Assembly (NCBI RefSeq): GCF_009914755.1
Contig: NC_060935.1
Origin: the human T2T-CHM13v2.0 reference genome, Homo sapiens
Strand: one strand, 5' to 3'
DNA: 64,000 bases
Shown here: positions 59,061 through 64,000 of the stretch, piece after piece
Position numbering within the stretch: the first letter of the stretch is position 1
Layout of the letters: each line of letters begins with the position of its first letter
Made by a program: the position numbers and the translations under genes
The notes under the pieces: generated by a model
Database searches by the model: none
What the model was told of the DNA's origin: nothing
The model's input: only the letters and a program-made list of their open reading frames with translations

Positions 59061-59810
59061 AGGGCAGCAGGAGAGAGGACCTCAGAGATGTGTGGGGCAA
59101 CAAGTCTAACATAATATAATTGGAGTTCCAGAAGGAAAATAGAAAGAATGAGGCAGAAAACAATATTTGAAGAATTAATAATCAAAATTTTCCCAAATTT
59201 GGTAAAAGACAAAAATTTACAGATTCAAAAAGCTCAATGGACTCCAAGCAGTATAAATGCCAATAAAATAATACACAAGTACACCACAGACAAACTTCTA
59301 GAAACCAATGATAAGAGAGAACCTTGAAAAGAGCTAGAAAGAAAGGATACACATTATATTCAAGGGGAAGAAACTGAAATTACTACTGCCTTCTCATCAG
59401 AAACAATGAAGGCTAGAAAACATGGAACAACACAAGTACTGAAAAAAAAACACAAATAAATAAAAATCTGTCAAACCCAGAATTTTATGAACAGAAAAAA
59501 TATCCTTCAAAAATGAGGGCAAATTAAAAACATTTTCAGGCAAAACAGAGAGAATTCATCACCAGTAGACCTGTACAGGAATGAGAAAAGCCAATCACAA
59601 CAGGTTACGTATTGTGTGATTCCATTTATATAATATTCTTGAAACAATAAAATTAGGGAAACAAAGAATGGTGGGGAAGGGGGAGAGTTGGGTGGTTGTG
59701 GGGAGAGGAAGGTAGATGGGTGTGGCTATAAAAGGGCAACCCCAAGAATTCTTATGGTGATGGAACTCTTTGATACCTTGACTATATCAATGTCAAGTTC
59801 CTGGTTCTGA

Positions 59811-60101
<291 letters not shown>

Positions 60102-60336
60102 TTTCTGATAATATCTATATAGTTCTGCAAGATGTCACCAATAAGGGAAGCTGGGTAGAGTGCACAGGGGATCTCTCTATTATTTCTTACAATTGCAAAT
60201 AAATCTATAATTACCTCAAATTTAAAGTTTAACTTAAAAAAAAAACACCTTTTTTTTAATGGTTCTAACAACCTCTCAGGGTTTTTAAAACAGAGGCTGC
60301 AGGCAATATATTTCAAGCATTCAAAACTATACTGTG

Positions 60337-60694
<358 letters not shown>

Positions 60695-61507
60695 TCAGTA
60701 TCACATAGACTGCCTCAACTTACCATATCAACAACAATCCTATAAGGTCTATTTCATATTATCTGTAGATCATCTGCAGCAAGAGTGATGAAATTCTTTC
60801 CTCTGCGAATGCATACGTCTAAGTTAATATGCTATCCTTTGCATATTGGCATTCTGGGATATACTAAAATTGATACTACTGGTGACCAACCACGGTCATC
60901 AACTGAGTGTCGTCCATGCTATAATCAGTTTATTTCCCACACTAAAAGATGGCACTGTATCTTTCCTGTTATAAACACTTGTGAAATAGACTGCCCAATA
61001 GCATAGTACTGCTACCAACTCACACTTCTATTTTTTGTGCATGTTGAGAGCCAGGTTGTTTTGTCTTCAACTCTCTGGCTGCTCCAGCATTTCAATTCTC
61101 CCTATCTTCCACATAATTTCTGAACCCCTATACAAATCAGAGGGCATCACCTGTCTGATGGCAGGGCACAATGTAGGAAGGGAAGAGATTACACATTTCT
61201 AATTAAATGAGAATTAACCTTATCATTACTTTTATTAATAGATGACTTTCATTACTATCAGCACTTTTTAAATAGAGACACCTTAAATACAGGCACACAT
61301 ACACAATAAGGACTGCAGAGCTTTGGAAGCTATCACTCTTCCTTATCTCTTCTTCACATGAAATTGATTTTACAACTCCTACACCGTAAAGAAAAGAAGG
61401 TAACTGTTCCTTGAAGAGACAGGCTGTAACTTGGCCCACATCACCAGCTGACTGTGATGCTCAGGAGTCAGACATTCACAAGTAAGTACCCAGAATACAA
61501 GCAGTGA

Positions 61508-61864
<357 letters not shown>

Positions 61865-62346
61865 TAAGTCCTCTTCCAAGGCACTAACCCAGGAAAGCTG
61901 CTTACCAGGCTTTTCAATGTAAATTTAAGAGAAACCCTGTTACTCCTATTTTCTCAAGGCAGATTTGTTCACTCTCTTTCTCAATACATTTACTTTGTCA
62001 GATAGTTTTAGGTTTGTATACACAGCCATTATTTTTATTGATGTTTTGCCTCCTGCTTAACATCTTCCAGGCACCACACATGATCCAACTCATGTACCTA
62101 GTATTTCTAAAATGGCTGAACTTCTTATGTGACCAGTTTTAGAGAGACTAGGTTTGAGAGCCTATCCAGTCAGGACTGTTCCAAACTGCATCTAGGACAA
62201 ACTGAAAGCACTTTTGTTCACATTGCCTTCCTTTTAGCCCAGCCGAATGCCCTGCAGAGCACACATCTGTCAGGTAACACCTGGAACTCACATTATTTCC
62301 TGTTTAGTGGGTGATGCAACCAGCTGTCCAATTCATGGTCTTTTAG

Positions 62347-62676
<330 letters not shown>

Positions 62677-63461
62677 GTTCTTTTATATAATTAATAAGTT
62701 AGTTAGATGTATACGCACACTCTTCCAAATATAGTGAGCTCCCAGAGGCTACACAGGTAGGTACACATGCACCTTTCTCTAAAAGCTAGCCCCTCCAGAA
62801 AATTGGGCTTAAGCAAACCCATTTCTGTAACTAAAAAGTGGCAAAGGCCAAATGTGAACAAGGGTCCCCATGCTCTCCTCAATACCAAATTTTAATGTAA
62901 TCAGCCTAAATTAAGTCTGAGCAACTAGTCAAGAAGGCAGGAGACAGGATTAAGGACCTAACTTGGCTACTTACTAATTGTATGACATTAAACAATTTAC
63001 TGAGTCTTGTGAGTCTCATTTTCTTCACCTGAAAGATGAAGTATATGACTAGCTGCTCATCTCTAAAGGTTTTTCCAGCTTGGTCATTCCATGACTATTG
63101 GGCCTAGAGCCTGATACAGCATGGGAATCCCACCTTTTAAACTTTCAGTGAAAGACTGAGGGCTGAAGGTATGCATTAGCTCTTCCTCAGCTACCTCTCT
63201 CTTTCCAAAACCTTGCTAAAACAATGGAGGATGGGGAGTGGCATAAACCCACAAAATCAGAGTGAAGGTAATAGTAACAACATTTTAGAAGCTGAAAAGC
63301 TGATGGATGAATGGTTACCAACAGTAGGCTTGAGAAAGGCTGAGATACAACGTAACCTCCAAAAAGCTCAGGAACTTATAGCATTAGGCACCTTTCAAAG
63401 TGGGGATAAAGATGGAGCTAAAAACAGGAGGACTAACCGAAAGCCTGTTTAAGAACCAGCA

Positions 63462-63870
63462 GGGCAGGGGACTGTGGCTCATGCCTGTAATCCCAGATAA
63501 TCAGGAGGATGGCTTGAGGCCAGGAGCTCGGAACCAACCTGGACAATGTAACGAGATCCTGTCTCTACAAAAAATTTAATAATTACTAGTCTGGAGGCTG
63601 AGGTGGAGGGATTGCTTGAGCCTGGGAGATTGAGCTGCAGTGAGCTGTGATGGTGCTACTGCATTCCAGCCTGGGTGACAGAACAAGAGCCTATCTCAAA
63701 ATAATAATAATAATAAGCCAGGCATGGTGGTATGCATCTGTAGTACCAGCTATTCAGGAGGCTGTGGTGGGAGGATCACTTAAGCCCAGGAGTTTGAGGC
63801 TGCAGTGAGCTATGATCACACTACTGCACTATAGTCTGGGCAACAGAGCAAGATCCCATCTCAAAAAAAT
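63462..63870 (+). mobile_element. Degenerate AluJ-like copy plus an extra right arm
   Basis: Alu motifs; flanking AAGAA(C/T)CAGCAGG direct repeat. Confidence 0.85.
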
Positions 63871-64000
63871 AAATACGAAAGAATCAGCAGGCATCAGCTG
63901 ATGAACAGATGAATGAAATGTATAATAATACAATGGAACATTATTCAGCCATAAAAAAGAATGGTGTACTGTTACATGCTACAACACAGATGAATCTTGA

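Overview
This is primate, almost certainly human, genomic DNA from the interior of DENND5A (RAB6IP1), a DENN-domain Rab GEF and Rab6 effector transcribed on the minus strand. Eleven consecutive coding exons splice by hand into one uninterrupted reading frame, with GT-AG boundaries and matching phases. They are exons 2-12 in the usual numbering (numbering recalled, not looked up) and lie at 54439 down to 7484. They encode uDENN, cDENN, dDENN, a linker and the start of the first RUN domain. The first exon/promoter and the 3' exons are outside the window. The introns hold about 60 Alu copies or fragments, old L1/L2/MIR pieces, two solo THE1 LTRs, one complete THE1 (MaLR) provirus and a tailless 5S rRNA retropseudogene. 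Nearly all non-exonic ORFs in the track are repeat artefacts. I find no new multi-gene system. The best leads are RNA-level hypotheses: (1) the exon 2-4 block (840 nt, phase 1 to phase 1) would form a stop-free circular ORF if back-spliced; (2) a CFTR-like (TG)14 tract sits at the acceptor of frame-shifting exon 9; (3) a cryptic donor followed by (GT)17 in intron 10 resembles a TDP-43-repressed poison exon. Repeat boundaries are by-eye estimates (+/- about 10 nt, more for old elements).
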